From: a virus
Lineage: Duplodnaviria > Caudoviricetes
DNA: 62,899 bases
Virus record (IMG/VR): IMGVR_UViG_3300032304_001576
Coordinates: 1 to 62,899 of that record
Strand: one strand, 5' to 3'
The notes below the pieces were generated by a model, which worked only from the letters and a program-made list of their open reading frames with translations, searched no databases and was not told where the DNA came from. Of the stretch, positions 15,355 through 25,311 are shown one piece after another. The first letter of the stretch is position 1. Each line of letters starts with the position of its first letter. Both the position numbers and the translations under genes were made by a program.

Positions 15355-15692
15355 CAATGCCTGCATACAATTCTTTTCAGTTATATAAGGGTGACACTTT
15401 ACAGTTTAGTTTAACTCTTAATGCCTCAGGTAGCGCTTACACAATACCTGCAGGATCTACTTTTACAGGAGCCATAAAAGAAAAAGGTGCGGCTACAATA
15501 ACAGCCGACTTTAGTTCTAGTATTACGTCTGCTTCTGCTGGTAAGGTTCTTTTCACACTACCGTCTTCTGAATCTTCGCTACTTGACGCAAAGAAAAACT
15601 GGGTTTATGATGTTCAGTTTCAAACGGTAACTGGTGTAGTAACTACTTTAATGGCAGGAAATATTTTCGTTACTGACCAAGTAACGACCTAA
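15351..15692 (+). CDS. BppU-N-like virion/baseplate protein
   Basis: YKGDT..F, GKV.FTL, VYDVQ, TLMAG.IFV..QVT. Confidence 0.7.
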   Translation: MTMPAYNSFQLYKGDTLQFSLTLNASGSAYTIPAGSTFTGAIKEKGAATITADFSSSITSASAGKVLFTLPSSESSLLDAKKNWVYDVQFQTVTGVVTTLMAGNIFVTDQVTT

Positions 15693-15882
15693 TATAATCT
15701 TCCCTTTCAGATCCTAGATAAACTTTAGAATTACAATAAATACACCATAAACATACTTTATCTTCTTCATCAGTCCATGGAAAAATTTCATTGTGTAAAA
15801 CATCTATTGGGCAAACTAGAGATGGAACAACACCAATGTCAGATAATTTTTTATACGCATGAAGTTCTTTAATTGTGATCAT
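15670..15882 (-). CDS. Small Zn-finger-like hypothetical protein
   Basis: L.CP...H and LWC..C motifs; convergent with the lysis block. Confidence 0.65.
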   Translation of the reverse strand: MITIKELHAYKKLSDIGVVPSLVCPIDVLHNEIFPWTDEEDKVCLWCIYCNSKVYLGSEREDYIRSLLGQ

Positions 15883-15997
15883 TCCGATATGATATCACAT
15901 CAAAAAATCTTATACTTTAAACTCCATAAGTAGTAGAATTGTAAAGGTCGCCATACTATGTGTGGTGACTATATTTTATATTTTAATAGGAGTAAAA

Positions 15998-17932
15998 ATG
16001 ACAGTTTCACTACCAACCGCCTACCAGCAAGTTATCCATAAGACACGTTATGCAAGATGGATAGAAGAAGAAAATCGTAGAGAGGATTGGCACGAAACTG
16101 TTAATAGGTTCGTAGAATATTTGTCTGAGTCATTGGAAAAGCACAATAACTACAAGGTTAATAAAGAACTTAAAGATAGAATACAAAACTTTATTCTAGA
16201 GACTAAGGTTATGCCATCTATGCGCGGCCTAATGACTGCAGGGCCATCACTAGAAAGAGATAATACATGCCTATATAACTGTTCTTACCTACCCGTGGAC
16301 TCTCTAAGATCATTCGATGAGGCAATGTATATTCTAATGTGTGGTACAGGCGTTGGATACTCAGTAGAGTCAAAGTATGTAAGTCAACTACCAGCAGTAA
16401 ATGAACATTTTGAAGATTCCTCTACAGTAATTGTTGTAGATGACTCTAAGGCTGGTTGGGCTAAGGCTTTAAGAGAACTTATCGCTCTTTTATATCAAGG
16501 ACAAGTTCCTTCATGGGATATGTCAAATGTTCGACCTGCAGGGGCAAGGTTAAAGACATTTGGTGGAAGAGCGTCAGGTCCAGAGCCATTAGATAGATTA
16601 TTTAAATTTACTGTAGAAACTGTTAAGTCATCTGCTGGTAGAAAACTTACTCCATTAGAGGCCCACGACATTATGTGTAAGATCGCTGAAGTTGTTGTAG
16701 TAGGTGGGGTTCGCAGATCCGCCATGATTTCCCTATCAGATCTTGAGGATAGGAATATGGCGGCAGCAAAATCAGGATCTTGGTGGGAGTATAACGGACA
16801 AAGAGCGCTTGCAAATAATTCAGCCGTCTATGAGACAAAGCCAAGCATGGAAGTATTCATGGCTGAGTGGAAGTCTTTATATGATTCTAAGAGTGGCGAA
16901 AGAGGTATCTTTTCTAGAGATGCCGCTCGTAAAGTAGCCTCCAAGAATGGTCGCAGAGATGCAACAGCAGAGTTTGGAACTAATCCATGTTCAGAGATCA
17001 TTCTGAAGCCGTTTGAGTTTTGCAACCTTACTGAAATTGTCGTTAGAGAAAACGATACCTTAGAAGATCTTTTAGAAAAGGTTGAGGTTGCCACTATTCT
17101 TGGAACATTCCAGTCAACATTTACTAGATTCAAATATCTTCGTAAGCAATGGCAAAAGAATTGTGAAGATGAAAGGCTTCTAGGAGTTTCACTAACTGGA
17201 CAATTAGGCCATAAAGTTCTTAGTGGAAGTAAAGGACACGATAAACTAATTGAGTGGCTAGACGCTATGAGGGAAAAGGCGGTAGAAATAAATGCTGTAT
17301 ACGCCACCGATCTTGGCATTAATCCTGCTGCCGCTATCACCTGTGTAAAGCCCTCTGGAACAGTATCTCAGTTAGTTGGTGTGTCGTCTGGAATGCACCC
17401 CTGGCACAATGAATTCTATGCCCGTACTATTCGTGGGGATAATAAAGATCCTATTACTACAATGCTTAAAGATTTTGGAATATTGGCAGAACCAGACGTA
17501 ATGAAACCTTCAGATACAACTGTTTTTACATTTCCCATTAAAGCACCTAAAGATGCTTTAACTAGAACAGACCTATCAGCAATTGAGCATCTTGAGTTAT
17601 GGCTAATATATCAGCGCCATTGGTCTGAGCATAAGCCTTCTATTACTGTCTCTGTCAAGGAACATGAATGGATGGCAGTAGGTGCCTGGGTATATGATCA
17701 TATGGATGAATTGTCTGGAGTATCATTTTTGCCCCATTCCGATCACACATATCAACAAGCGCCCTATCAGGACATAACCGAATCGGAGTATAATGAATTA
17801 TTAGAAAAAACTCCGAAAGATATCGATTGGACCTGGCTTACCTACTATGAATCTTCAGATGGTACCACGGGCAGCCAGGATCTTGCATGTACAGCAGGGT
17901 ACTGCGAAACGGTTGATATCACTTCGGCATAA
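15998..17932 (+). CDS. nrdJ: Class II (adenosylcobalamin-dependent) ribonucleotide reductase
   Basis: NCSY, GGVRRSA, TNPCSEI, TCVKPSGTVS, C-terminal ACTAGYC; no beta-subunit gene adjacent; start at ATG after AGGAG. Confidence 0.9.
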   Translation: MTVSLPTAYQQVIHKTRYARWIEEENRREDWHETVNRFVEYLSESLEKHNNYKVNKELKDRIQNFILETKVMPSMRGLMTAGPSLERDNTCLYNCSYLPVDSLRSFDEAMYILMCGTGVGYSVESKYVSQLPAVNEHFEDSSTVIVVDDSKAGWAKALRELIALLYQGQVPSWDMSNVRPAGARLKTFGGRASGPEPLDRLFKFTVETVKSSAGRKLTPLEAHDIMCKIAEVVVVGGVRRSAMISLSDLEDRNMAAAKSGSWWEYNGQRALANNSAVYETKPSMEVFMAEWKSLYDSKSGERGIFSRDAARKVASKNGRRDATAEFGTNPCSEIILKPFEFCNLTEIVVRENDTLEDLLEKVEVATILGTFQSTFTRFKYLRKQWQKNCEDERLLGVSLTGQLGHKVLSGSKGHDKLIEWLDAMREKAVEINAVYATDLGINPAAAITCVKPSGTVSQLVGVSSGMHPWHNEFYARTIRGDNKDPITTMLKDFGILAEPDVMKPSDTTVFTFPIKAPKDALTRTDLSAIEHLELWLIYQRHWSEHKPSITVSVKEHEWMAVGAWVYDHMDELSGVSFLPHSDHTYQQAPYQDITESEYNELLEKTPKDIDWTWLTYYESSDGTTGSQDLACTAGYCETVDITSA

Positions 17933-17942
17933 TGGAGGATAG

Positions 17943-20900
17943 GTGTCCTATAGCCAACTTATTTTGCGCGACTCAGCCGAAATTGTATGGCCCCTGGATG
18001 ATATAACCGAATCATCTTCTGTATCAAAGCCAATCAATTTTTTCACAGATAATGAGAATGCATACAGCGCATCAATTAATATAGCCTCTACTAATATAGT
18101 AAAGAACCCTATGGTTTTTGGCGGTGGAACCTTACTAGAGTTTACTAGTTCCGCAGTAGGCCTATCGATTCCTGCCATGGACAGATTCTCTGAGTATTAT
18201 GACAATAGAGACTCTACTATATCTTTATGGTTTCAAACTAATTCATTACCTACAGAAGAATATACTATTTTTAAAAAACGTGGGTATGAAAATATTGGTC
18301 TATTCATTAAAAATAATTATTTAATATTTAGATACGGGACAAGTGCTAGTTACAATGAATTGTCCGTAGACTTTGTAAATGTTAAAGAACCTCATCACAT
18401 AGTACTATCTAGAAATAGATCTGGGCTAGTAATGGTTCTAGACGGAGTTTCATACTCTAGCAAAGACGGTGAAAGTATAAGGCTAGAGAAAGACGCATCT
18501 CATGCAAACAATAACTACATAGATTTTTATGGACCACCAAATGGTTCATGGAATATAGACGCCCCCTCATTCTATCCAAACATATTGAATACTAATGTTG
18601 CTAAAAGACATTATGTTTATGGTCTTGGAAAGAGTGTTCCAGAAAAAACTTTTTATTCTCGCGGTGGCAGCCTTTACAACTTTACAACAATATATACAGA
18701 AAGACTTAGTGATATTAATTGGGACTACCCAGATGAGTGGAAGATTACAGAATTAGTAGATTTAAATAATGATGAGTTTGGATTAGGTCCAGTAAAATTT
18801 ACAGGTCCGCATACATACTCATTTGATAACAATATTGATACATCTTCTAATAAATATAAGTTTAGTTCAAGTGTTGCCAATACTGAGGCTTCATACATAG
18901 AAATAAATAAACTATTTTCTAAATTAGATTCTGGACAGTACCCGTTTTTTGTTAAATTTAAATTAGACGGAGAACTTCCAGCAAAATATTTATCTCAAAG
19001 ATTAATATCAATAGGTCGTATTGCTAATGAAGAAGTTCTAAAATTTGATTTATACAATAATAACGGAACGTATCAGGTAAAAGTATCGGCAATTAATTCA
19101 TCATCTGTAGCATTCAATATATCAAACGTATCCGCTAGTTTGAGTTTCTATGTAGGTATGAAGTTTGACGGAGCCACTAGTTTATACTTTGCCCAGTCAG
19201 GTAGTGCTATACAAACAGCATCATTCAACTATACTTCTGCTAGTTCAACAGGCCTAGACCCACTTCTTCCTTATCTACCTTGGACGTATGAGACATTACT
19301 AAGAATTGGTAGTTCTTTAAATTATGATGAGACTAGTTTTAATAACAATGTTTACGGGGTAGAGCAGTATTTAGGATCAGTACAAAGATTTTTAGTTGCA
19401 CAAACAGATTTTTCAGCGTCATCAAATTATTCTTATATAGAAAACTATGATAAACCAAGGTATGAGTTTAACTATGATTCCAGTATAAATAGATTTAAGG
19501 TTAAAACATATGGTCATGGAAGTTTTAACTTACACACTATAAATTTTTCAGAATACATAAGTGATACCAATCAAAGAATTGGTGCAAACTACATTGCAAT
19601 AGGTTATCCATTTACAGAATCTTCATCATTCGTAAACTTCTACGCTACGCTAATGTCATATAGTGGTAGCGTTATTAATCCACAAACTATGCTATCTGAA
19701 AACAACTACCTAAACTTTCTCAATAACGTTGACCTGTCTGACAAATATTTAAAGATAGACTTTGAAATATATTCGGACGATTCACTTTACTACCCACCAA
19801 GAGTAAAATACTTTAAGATGCAGACATTTAAAACTACAAATAACTCTGTAGTTTTAAAGGACGACGCTGGACCTAGTTATACTTTGTATCCTTCAGCATC
19901 ATCGGTGTATCTTCCAGAAATAAGATATACCCCAAGCATTTTTATGACAGAAGATTCTGGTATTAAAATAACAAGAACCTACGCAGATTTTACTGAAAAT
20001 ATTTTGCCAAAGCCACTCAACCCTTTGACAATAAATGGCCTTAAATTATGGCTAGACTCTAGGTTTATAAATGGATTGAATAAAATTAATCCTAATGATG
20101 ACACAAGATTAACTTCGTGGAAAGATTTATCAAATAACAATAATAACGCGATTCAGACAACATCCTCAGTAGCACCAGTTTTTAGAACACAGTCGTTAAA
20201 CTTGTTAAGAATGAACCAGTTGGATGGCGGAGAGGGTGATGACACCTCATTTATTATTCCAACTAATTCAACGATATCAACAAACGTTGAGGGGGCTATT
20301 TCTGGAACGAGAGGAATACAGGTAATTCCAAGCGGCAGTTCAACAAACTCCTATATTGATGTAAGTTTTAATACTGCTTCTATTACTGTATTTCCCTCGC
20401 AATCATATTCTGTAGTTGGAAGTATAAAAATGTTTAAGCCTCAAACGGCATCTTCCCTGCATCAGAATGCAAGAAAAATAATGGTATATACAACAGACGG
20501 AGTTACTGAAACTTTATCGGCATCTTCTATTGCTGCAAATAATTCTGCCAGCGTTTATTCATTATCAGCAGTATTTACTACCACCGCATCCACAGTATCT
20601 GCAAGAATATTGTTTTATAACGGCTCCTATGATGCAAGCGATAGTGTTTATTGGGATAACTTAGGTTTATATCCAGTAACCGCATCAAGTTCTCAGTATC
20701 AATGGGTTCAACCTTTGACCCTAAGAGATAACCCAGTTGTAAAATTTGATGGGTATAAAACATTTTTACAGTCATCTGCCTCTATAAGCCAGCCTTATAC
20801 ACTATATGTTGTTGGAAGGACTTTCAATAAATCAGTAATTTTAGGAAACTCTTCTTCTGCATTATTGTATTCTAAGGATGGATACTACTACTTTAACTCT

Positions 20901-21185
20901 GGTAGCGCCGCTCAAATGAGTCCAATAAATAAAGAGTTTAATATCTACACAGTAACTGTTAATTCTGGTAGTGCAAGATTTTATCTGAATGGACAATCAG
21001 AGGGTCTTAAATACTCTGGATTTAATAATTTTAATAATTTAAATATAGGTAAAGGTATCATTCCTGGAGAAGCAGTATCCTATTTGTCAGGAGATGTATG
21101 CTCTGTCCTGCTATTTGAAAATGAACATAATTCTAACACTAGGGAAACTATAGAAAATTGGCTTCTAGAGTCATTTAACATTTAG
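17943..21185 (+). CDS. Large virion structural protein with LamG/concanavalin-like domains
   Basis: WPLDD, ISLWF, PHHIVL, LKLWLDS..WKDLS.N; GGAGG RBS with GTG start. Confidence 0.75.
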   Translation: MSYSQLILRDSAEIVWPLDDITESSSVSKPINFFTDNENAYSASINIASTNIVKNPMVFGGGTLLEFTSSAVGLSIPAMDRFSEYYDNRDSTISLWFQTNSLPTEEYTIFKKRGYENIGLFIKNNYLIFRYGTSASYNELSVDFVNVKEPHHIVLSRNRSGLVMVLDGVSYSSKDGESIRLEKDASHANNNYIDFYGPPNGSWNIDAPSFYPNILNTNVAKRHYVYGLGKSVPEKTFYSRGGSLYNFTTIYTERLSDINWDYPDEWKITELVDLNNDEFGLGPVKFTGPHTYSFDNNIDTSSNKYKFSSSVANTEASYIEINKLFSKLDSGQYPFFVKFKLDGELPAKYLSQRLISIGRIANEEVLKFDLYNNNGTYQVKVSAINSSSVAFNISNVSASLSFYVGMKFDGATSLYFAQSGSAIQTASFNYTSASSTGLDPLLPYLPWTYETLLRIGSSLNYDETSFNNNVYGVEQYLGSVQRFLVAQTDFSASSNYSYIENYDKPRYEFNYDSSINRFKVKTYGHGSFNLHTINFSEYISDTNQRIGANYIAIGYPFTESSSFVNFYATLMSYSGSVINPQTMLSENNYLNFLNNVDLSDKYLKIDFEIYSDDSLYYPPRVKYFKMQTFKTTNNSVVLKDDAGPSYTLYPSASSVYLPEIRYTPSIFMTEDSGIKITRTYADFTENILPKPLNPLTINGLKLWLDSRFINGLNKINPNDDTRLTSWKDLSNNNNNAIQTTSSVAPVFRTQSLNLLRMNQLDGGEGDDTSFIIPTNSTISTNVEGAISGTRGIQVIPSGSSTNSYIDVSFNTASITVFPSQSYSVVGSIKMFKPQTASSLHQNARKIMVYTTDGVTETLSASSIAANNSASVYSLSAVFTTTASTVSARILFYNGSYDASDSVYWDNLGLYPVTASSSQYQWVQPLTLRDNPVVKFDGYKTFLQSSASISQPYTLYVVGRTFNKSVILGNSSSALLYSKDGYYYFNSGSAAQMSPINKEFNIYTVTVNSGSARFYLNGQSEGLKYSGFNNFNNLNIGKGIIPGEAVSYLSGDVCSVLLFENEHNSNTRETIENWLLESFNI

Positions 21186-21204
21186 TTAGATATATAATTG
21201 ATTC

Positions 21205-21681
21205 ATGACTATTCCTCCAATTAGATCTCATGGTGACTCCGGCCATTTACAAGACCATAATGATTTAAGAAATACTTTAAATACACATGATGGCTATTTG
21301 GATCAATCAGTCACTACCAGCAGTTCCCCCACATTTCAGGCACTCCTTTATGCTCACGCCCAAAGTAAATCATCCACTATTAATATAACCACTAACCTCA
21401 CCACCACCATCGATTCATTCCCAGTATCTTCTTATAGAAGCGCGGAATATAATATACAACTTGTTCAAGGAACAAAGTATACTACTGTAAAGGCTGTAGT
21501 CGTACATAATGGTACAGATGCAGGTATATGTGAGTACGGAAAAATAGAGTTAGGTGGGGGAATAAATTACACCCTGTCCGCTGACATTATTAACTCAAAC
21601 GCCGTTCTTAGGATAGTGGTGCCAAACGGAGATGTTAGCCCTCTCACCGTCAAGATTTACAAAATTATGATAAACATATAG
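21205..21681 (+). CDS. Virion protein (fibre C-terminal-like domain)
   Basis: IDSF..S.YRSAEY.IQ..QG...HNGT...EYG, paralogous to the C-terminus of the next gene. Confidence 0.75.
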   Translation: MTIPPIRSHGDSGHLQDHNDLRNTLNTHDGYLDQSVTTSSSPTFQALLYAHAQSKSSTINITTNLTTTIDSFPVSSYRSAEYNIQLVQGTKYTTVKAVVVHNGTDAGICEYGKIELGGGINYTLSADIINSNAVLRIVVPNGDVSPLTVKIYKIMINI

Positions 21682-21724
21682 TGATATAATCTAGTAGAAA
21701 TATAAATTTTTTTGTGAGGTGCCC

Positions 21725-23413
21725 ATGGCTACTGTAAATAAAGACTTTGTTGTAAAGAATGGCGTTATTGCTGGCGATAACGTTCAGGGGGTTCAATTAG
21801 TATCAACTACTTCTTCTTCACCCCCATTAACTGTTACATCATCAGTAAACGTATCTAACCTGAATGCTGACCTTCTTGACGGTCAACACGGATCGCACTA
21901 CCTTGATTTTACTAATGCGACAAATATTCCAGATCCCACAATTGGTATTTATTTAGACGGATCAGTTTCTGGTTCTGGGGTAGCAACTTTAACTAATCTA
22001 TCAAGTGCGTCAATTACTCTTTTTAACACAATAGTTAATGCAGACAGCGTGACTCTTGGGGTAGAAACTACTGGTAATTATGTTGCCAACCTTGTTGCAG
22101 GAACTGGTGTTACCGTAAGTGCATCTGCTGGTGAATCAGCAAGTCCAACAATTTCTATTGGTCAAAATGTTAGCACCTCATCAAACGTATCTTTTAATAC
22201 TATTACTTCTACCACTACTGCTAGCGCACCATTTACAGTATCTTCATCTGTTCAAGTAAACAACCTGAATGTTGAATACCTAGGTGGCTACACCTTAGCG
22301 CAAGTTCTATCCGGCGGCGGAGTTCAGTCAGTTATTGGTACAGCAAACGAAATTGAAGTTTCTGCATCAACAGGTGCAATTCAAATTGGTCTTCCAAACA
22401 ATGTTAACGTCGGCGGGTCACTTACAGTAGGAGAAAATCTTATTGTAACAGGCTCAGTAGTTACCATTAATAGCACCGTTGTCACCATTGATGACCCAAT
22501 CTTTACATTAGGAGGAGACACCGCTCCTAGCGTAGATGACAATAAGGATCGCGGTATTGAATTTAGATACCACAATGGATCATCTGCTAAAGTTGGCTTC
22601 TTTGGTTATGATGATTCTACTGGCAAGTTTACTTTTATTCCAGATGCTACGAATACATCTGAAGTATTTAGCGGAACTAAAGGAACAATTGATGCCAGTA
22701 TTGAATGGGCAGATGTTCTTAGCAAGCCAGACCCCACAGTTACATTAACTGGTGATGTTTCAGGTTCTGGGACACTTACAGATCTTGGTTCTGCATCAAT
22801 TTCTGTCACAGTAGAAAAAGACTTCTCCCTCACATTCACAGGTGATGTTACTGGATCTGGAACTGTTAATAATCTTGGCAGCGCAAGCATTTCTCTTACC
22901 GTTGCAGCAAATTCTGTTGCTTTAGGTTCAGATACAACAGGAGATTATGTTGCTGGAGTTTATGGTACTGCTAATCAAGTCCTTGTTTCTGGTACTGGTG
23001 AATCAGCATCTGTTACCTTAAGCCTTCCACAGGATATTGCAACTACATCAACTCCCACATTTGCTGGTGTAGCGCTATCAAATGCAGCGGTAACAAGTTC
23101 AAGTGTTACGGTTACAGCGAATAATACTGCTACTACTATAGACTCATTTGCAGTATCAACATTCACAACTGCTGAATATATCATTCAGGCCAAGCAAAGC
23201 ACTAAGATGACCTCCACAAAGATTCTTGTTATGTGGGATGGAACTAATGCTTATGTATCTGAATATGCTGTAGTGGATAGTTCTGCTGGTGCAGCCAATG
23301 TTGACTTTACCGCAACAGAATCTGGTGGTACACTTTCAGTTACCGCTTCATCTCCAGACGCTGCATCTACTAACGTAGTAATTAAAGCAGTTAGAACAAG
23401 CCTAGAAGCATAA
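21725..23413 (+). CDS. Tail fibre-like protein
   Basis: MATVNKDFVVKNG, NADLLDGQH, LTGDV.GSG repeats, DNKDRGIEF, T.TPTFAG. Confidence 0.8.
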   Translation: MATVNKDFVVKNGVIAGDNVQGVQLVSTTSSSPPLTVTSSVNVSNLNADLLDGQHGSHYLDFTNATNIPDPTIGIYLDGSVSGSGVATLTNLSSASITLFNTIVNADSVTLGVETTGNYVANLVAGTGVTVSASAGESASPTISIGQNVSTSSNVSFNTITSTTTASAPFTVSSSVQVNNLNVEYLGGYTLAQVLSGGGVQSVIGTANEIEVSASTGAIQIGLPNNVNVGGSLTVGENLIVTGSVVTINSTVVTIDDPIFTLGGDTAPSVDDNKDRGIEFRYHNGSSAKVGFFGYDDSTGKFTFIPDATNTSEVFSGTKGTIDASIEWADVLSKPDPTVTLTGDVSGSGTLTDLGSASISVTVEKDFSLTFTGDVTGSGTVNNLGSASISLTVAANSVALGSDTTGDYVAGVYGTANQVLVSGTGESASVTLSLPQDIATTSTPTFAGVALSNAAVTSSSVTVTANNTATTIDSFAVSTFTTAEYIIQAKQSTKMTSTKILVMWDGTNAYVSEYAVVDSSAGAANVDFTATESGGTLSVTASSPDAASTNVVIKAVRTSLEA

Positions 23414-23440
23414 ATTTAAAGACTAGGGGGATAGGGAACC

Positions 23441-24940
23441 TTGGCCAGTATTGATAAAGATTTTAAGGTAAAGAACGGCCTTATTGTAGGCGACTCCACT
23501 AACCTTGTCAATTACACCTCATCGTCCCCATCAAATCCCTTTCTTGGTCAACTTTGGATTAGTGCAAGTAGCCTATATGCATGGTCTTCAGCGTCTACAT
23601 GGGTTCTAGTTGGTGACGGCGGCGGAGGTGGATCAGCCTCTGGAACTCCATTAAATATACCTAACACCCTAGTTTCTAGAAGTGCTTCTGGAATATTTTC
23701 TATTGGCGGGATAGACCTTGATCTTTCTGGAACAGTACCTCTAGGTGTAGGTAGGTTTCAATGGAATTCTTCTTTTGGCACTCCAGAAGTTGGTTTAACT
23801 GGCGGCAACGTTACCGCTCATATTGGTCAGCATGTTCATGCCTATGTAACAAACGCTCAAGGTTCCCCTCTTGTTAAAGGTGATGTTGTTTATTTATTTG
23901 GAGCGTCAGGAGATAGAGCATCTGTTAAAAAAGCAATTAACACAGGAGAACCCACATCTGCTAAAACTTTAGGTGTGGTGGCAGAGGCAATAACAACAGG
24001 AGGCCAAGGTTATGTTACTGTATTTGGCGTTGTCGATAAACTTAACTTAAGTGCATATTCACCTGGAGATACTTTATGGCTATCTGCTTCTGCTGGTAAA
24101 TTTACTAGCGTTAAACCTTCTGCTCCAAATCATGCAGTTTTTGTTGGTGTTGTAGAAAGAGCAAATGCTGGCAACGGTCAACTTTTTGTTAATGTTCAGA
24201 ATGGCTATCAGTTAGACGAACTTCATAATGTTTCAATAATAAATGCTGCAGACAACGATATAATTTCATACAATCAATCTGCTAGTTTATGGCTTAATCA
24301 AAATCTTGCAACTGCCATTACAGAGGTTGACGGAGCGGGATCAGGAATAGATGCCGATTTACTTGATGGTCAACATGCATCATATTTTCTTAATACTTCT
24401 AGTGCAACCCAAGAAAGAACGGGAACAACAACGTTCCATGGAACCGTTAATATTAATAATTTAGTTATTACAGGAAGTGCTACAACAATTAGTTCAACAA
24501 ACTTAGCACTTACAGACTCACTTATTCAACTGGCACATGAACAATATACAACAGATGCTGTAGATATTGGTCTAGTTGGATCTTATGGCGATGTCACAAC
24601 ATCTTCTGCAAATCATTATCATGCATCCTTTGCAAGAGATGCTTCACAAAATAAATGGAAACTTCTTTCAAAAGGACCATTAGCGGTCAATAATACCATT
24701 AACTATTCAGATCCATCTGTAGAGTTTGGTGTTTTGCAGATAGCAGCACTAGAAGTTTCATCGAGCACTGTCGTAACTAATTTTAATGCTGACATGCTAG
24801 ATGGTCAACATGCAAGTTACTTTTTGGCGGCAGGAACAGCATCTGCAACTTATCTTTCTCAAGCCAATGCTTCTGCAACTTATGTTACTAAACAAGAATT
24901 TGAGAATCTAAAGATTGCAACTATAATGGGAATTTACTAA
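23441..24940 (+). CDS. Tail fibre-like protein
   Basis: KDFKVKNG N-terminus, two AD(L/M)LDGQH motifs, QNGYQLDELHNV, DGAGSGIDADLLDG. Confidence 0.8.
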   Translation: MASIDKDFKVKNGLIVGDSTNLVNYTSSSPSNPFLGQLWISASSLYAWSSASTWVLVGDGGGGGSASGTPLNIPNTLVSRSASGIFSIGGIDLDLSGTVPLGVGRFQWNSSFGTPEVGLTGGNVTAHIGQHVHAYVTNAQGSPLVKGDVVYLFGASGDRASVKKAINTGEPTSAKTLGVVAEAITTGGQGYVTVFGVVDKLNLSAYSPGDTLWLSASAGKFTSVKPSAPNHAVFVGVVERANAGNGQLFVNVQNGYQLDELHNVSIINAADNDIISYNQSASLWLNQNLATAITEVDGAGSGIDADLLDGQHASYFLNTSSATQERTGTTTFHGTVNINNLVITGSATTISSTNLALTDSLIQLAHEQYTTDAVDIGLVGSYGDVTTSSANHYHASFARDASQNKWKLLSKGPLAVNNTINYSDPSVEFGVLQIAALEVSSSTVVTNFNADMLDGQHASYFLAAGTASATYLSQANASATYVTKQEFENLKIATIMGIY

Positions 24941-24975
24941 TATGAATGATATAATTTATAAAAAAGGAGGTTTAA

Positions 24976-25311
24976 GTGTCAACTTATAATCTTAAACAAT
25001 TAGTTCCTGCCAGACCTCTTCCTAGTTCTGCTAGTGTTTTATATACCGTTCCATCTTTAACTCAAACAGTAGTTAGACAAATAATTCTTGGAAATACCAC
25101 AGCAACAGATCTTACTGCAACTATATATTTTGTTCCAGACAGTGGATCACCATCTACGTCTAATTCAATGTTTCCAGAAATTATTATTCAAGCCAATAAT
25201 GCTGTGACAATAGATATTGCCAGCGTTTTGTCGTCTTCTTCATCAATTCACGCTAAAGCAAGTGCTTCTGCCTCTATAAATATTCATATCTCAGGAGTAG
25301 AGGTTAGTTAA
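24976..25311 (+). CDS. Small fibre-associated structural protein
   Basis: LYTVP...T.V..I...N...ISGVE pattern; AAGGAGG RBS. Confidence 0.75.
   Translation: MSTYNLKQLVPARPLPSSASVLYTVPSLTQTVVRQIILGNTTATDLTATIYFVPDSGSPSTSNSMFPEIIIQANNAVTIDIASVLSSSSSIHAKASASASINIHISGVEVS

Noticed and set aside
15998-17932. Class I RNR alpha subunit, or an intein/intron in the RNR
   Set aside because: No beta-subunit gene adjacent; length and motifs fit an uninterrupted class II enzyme
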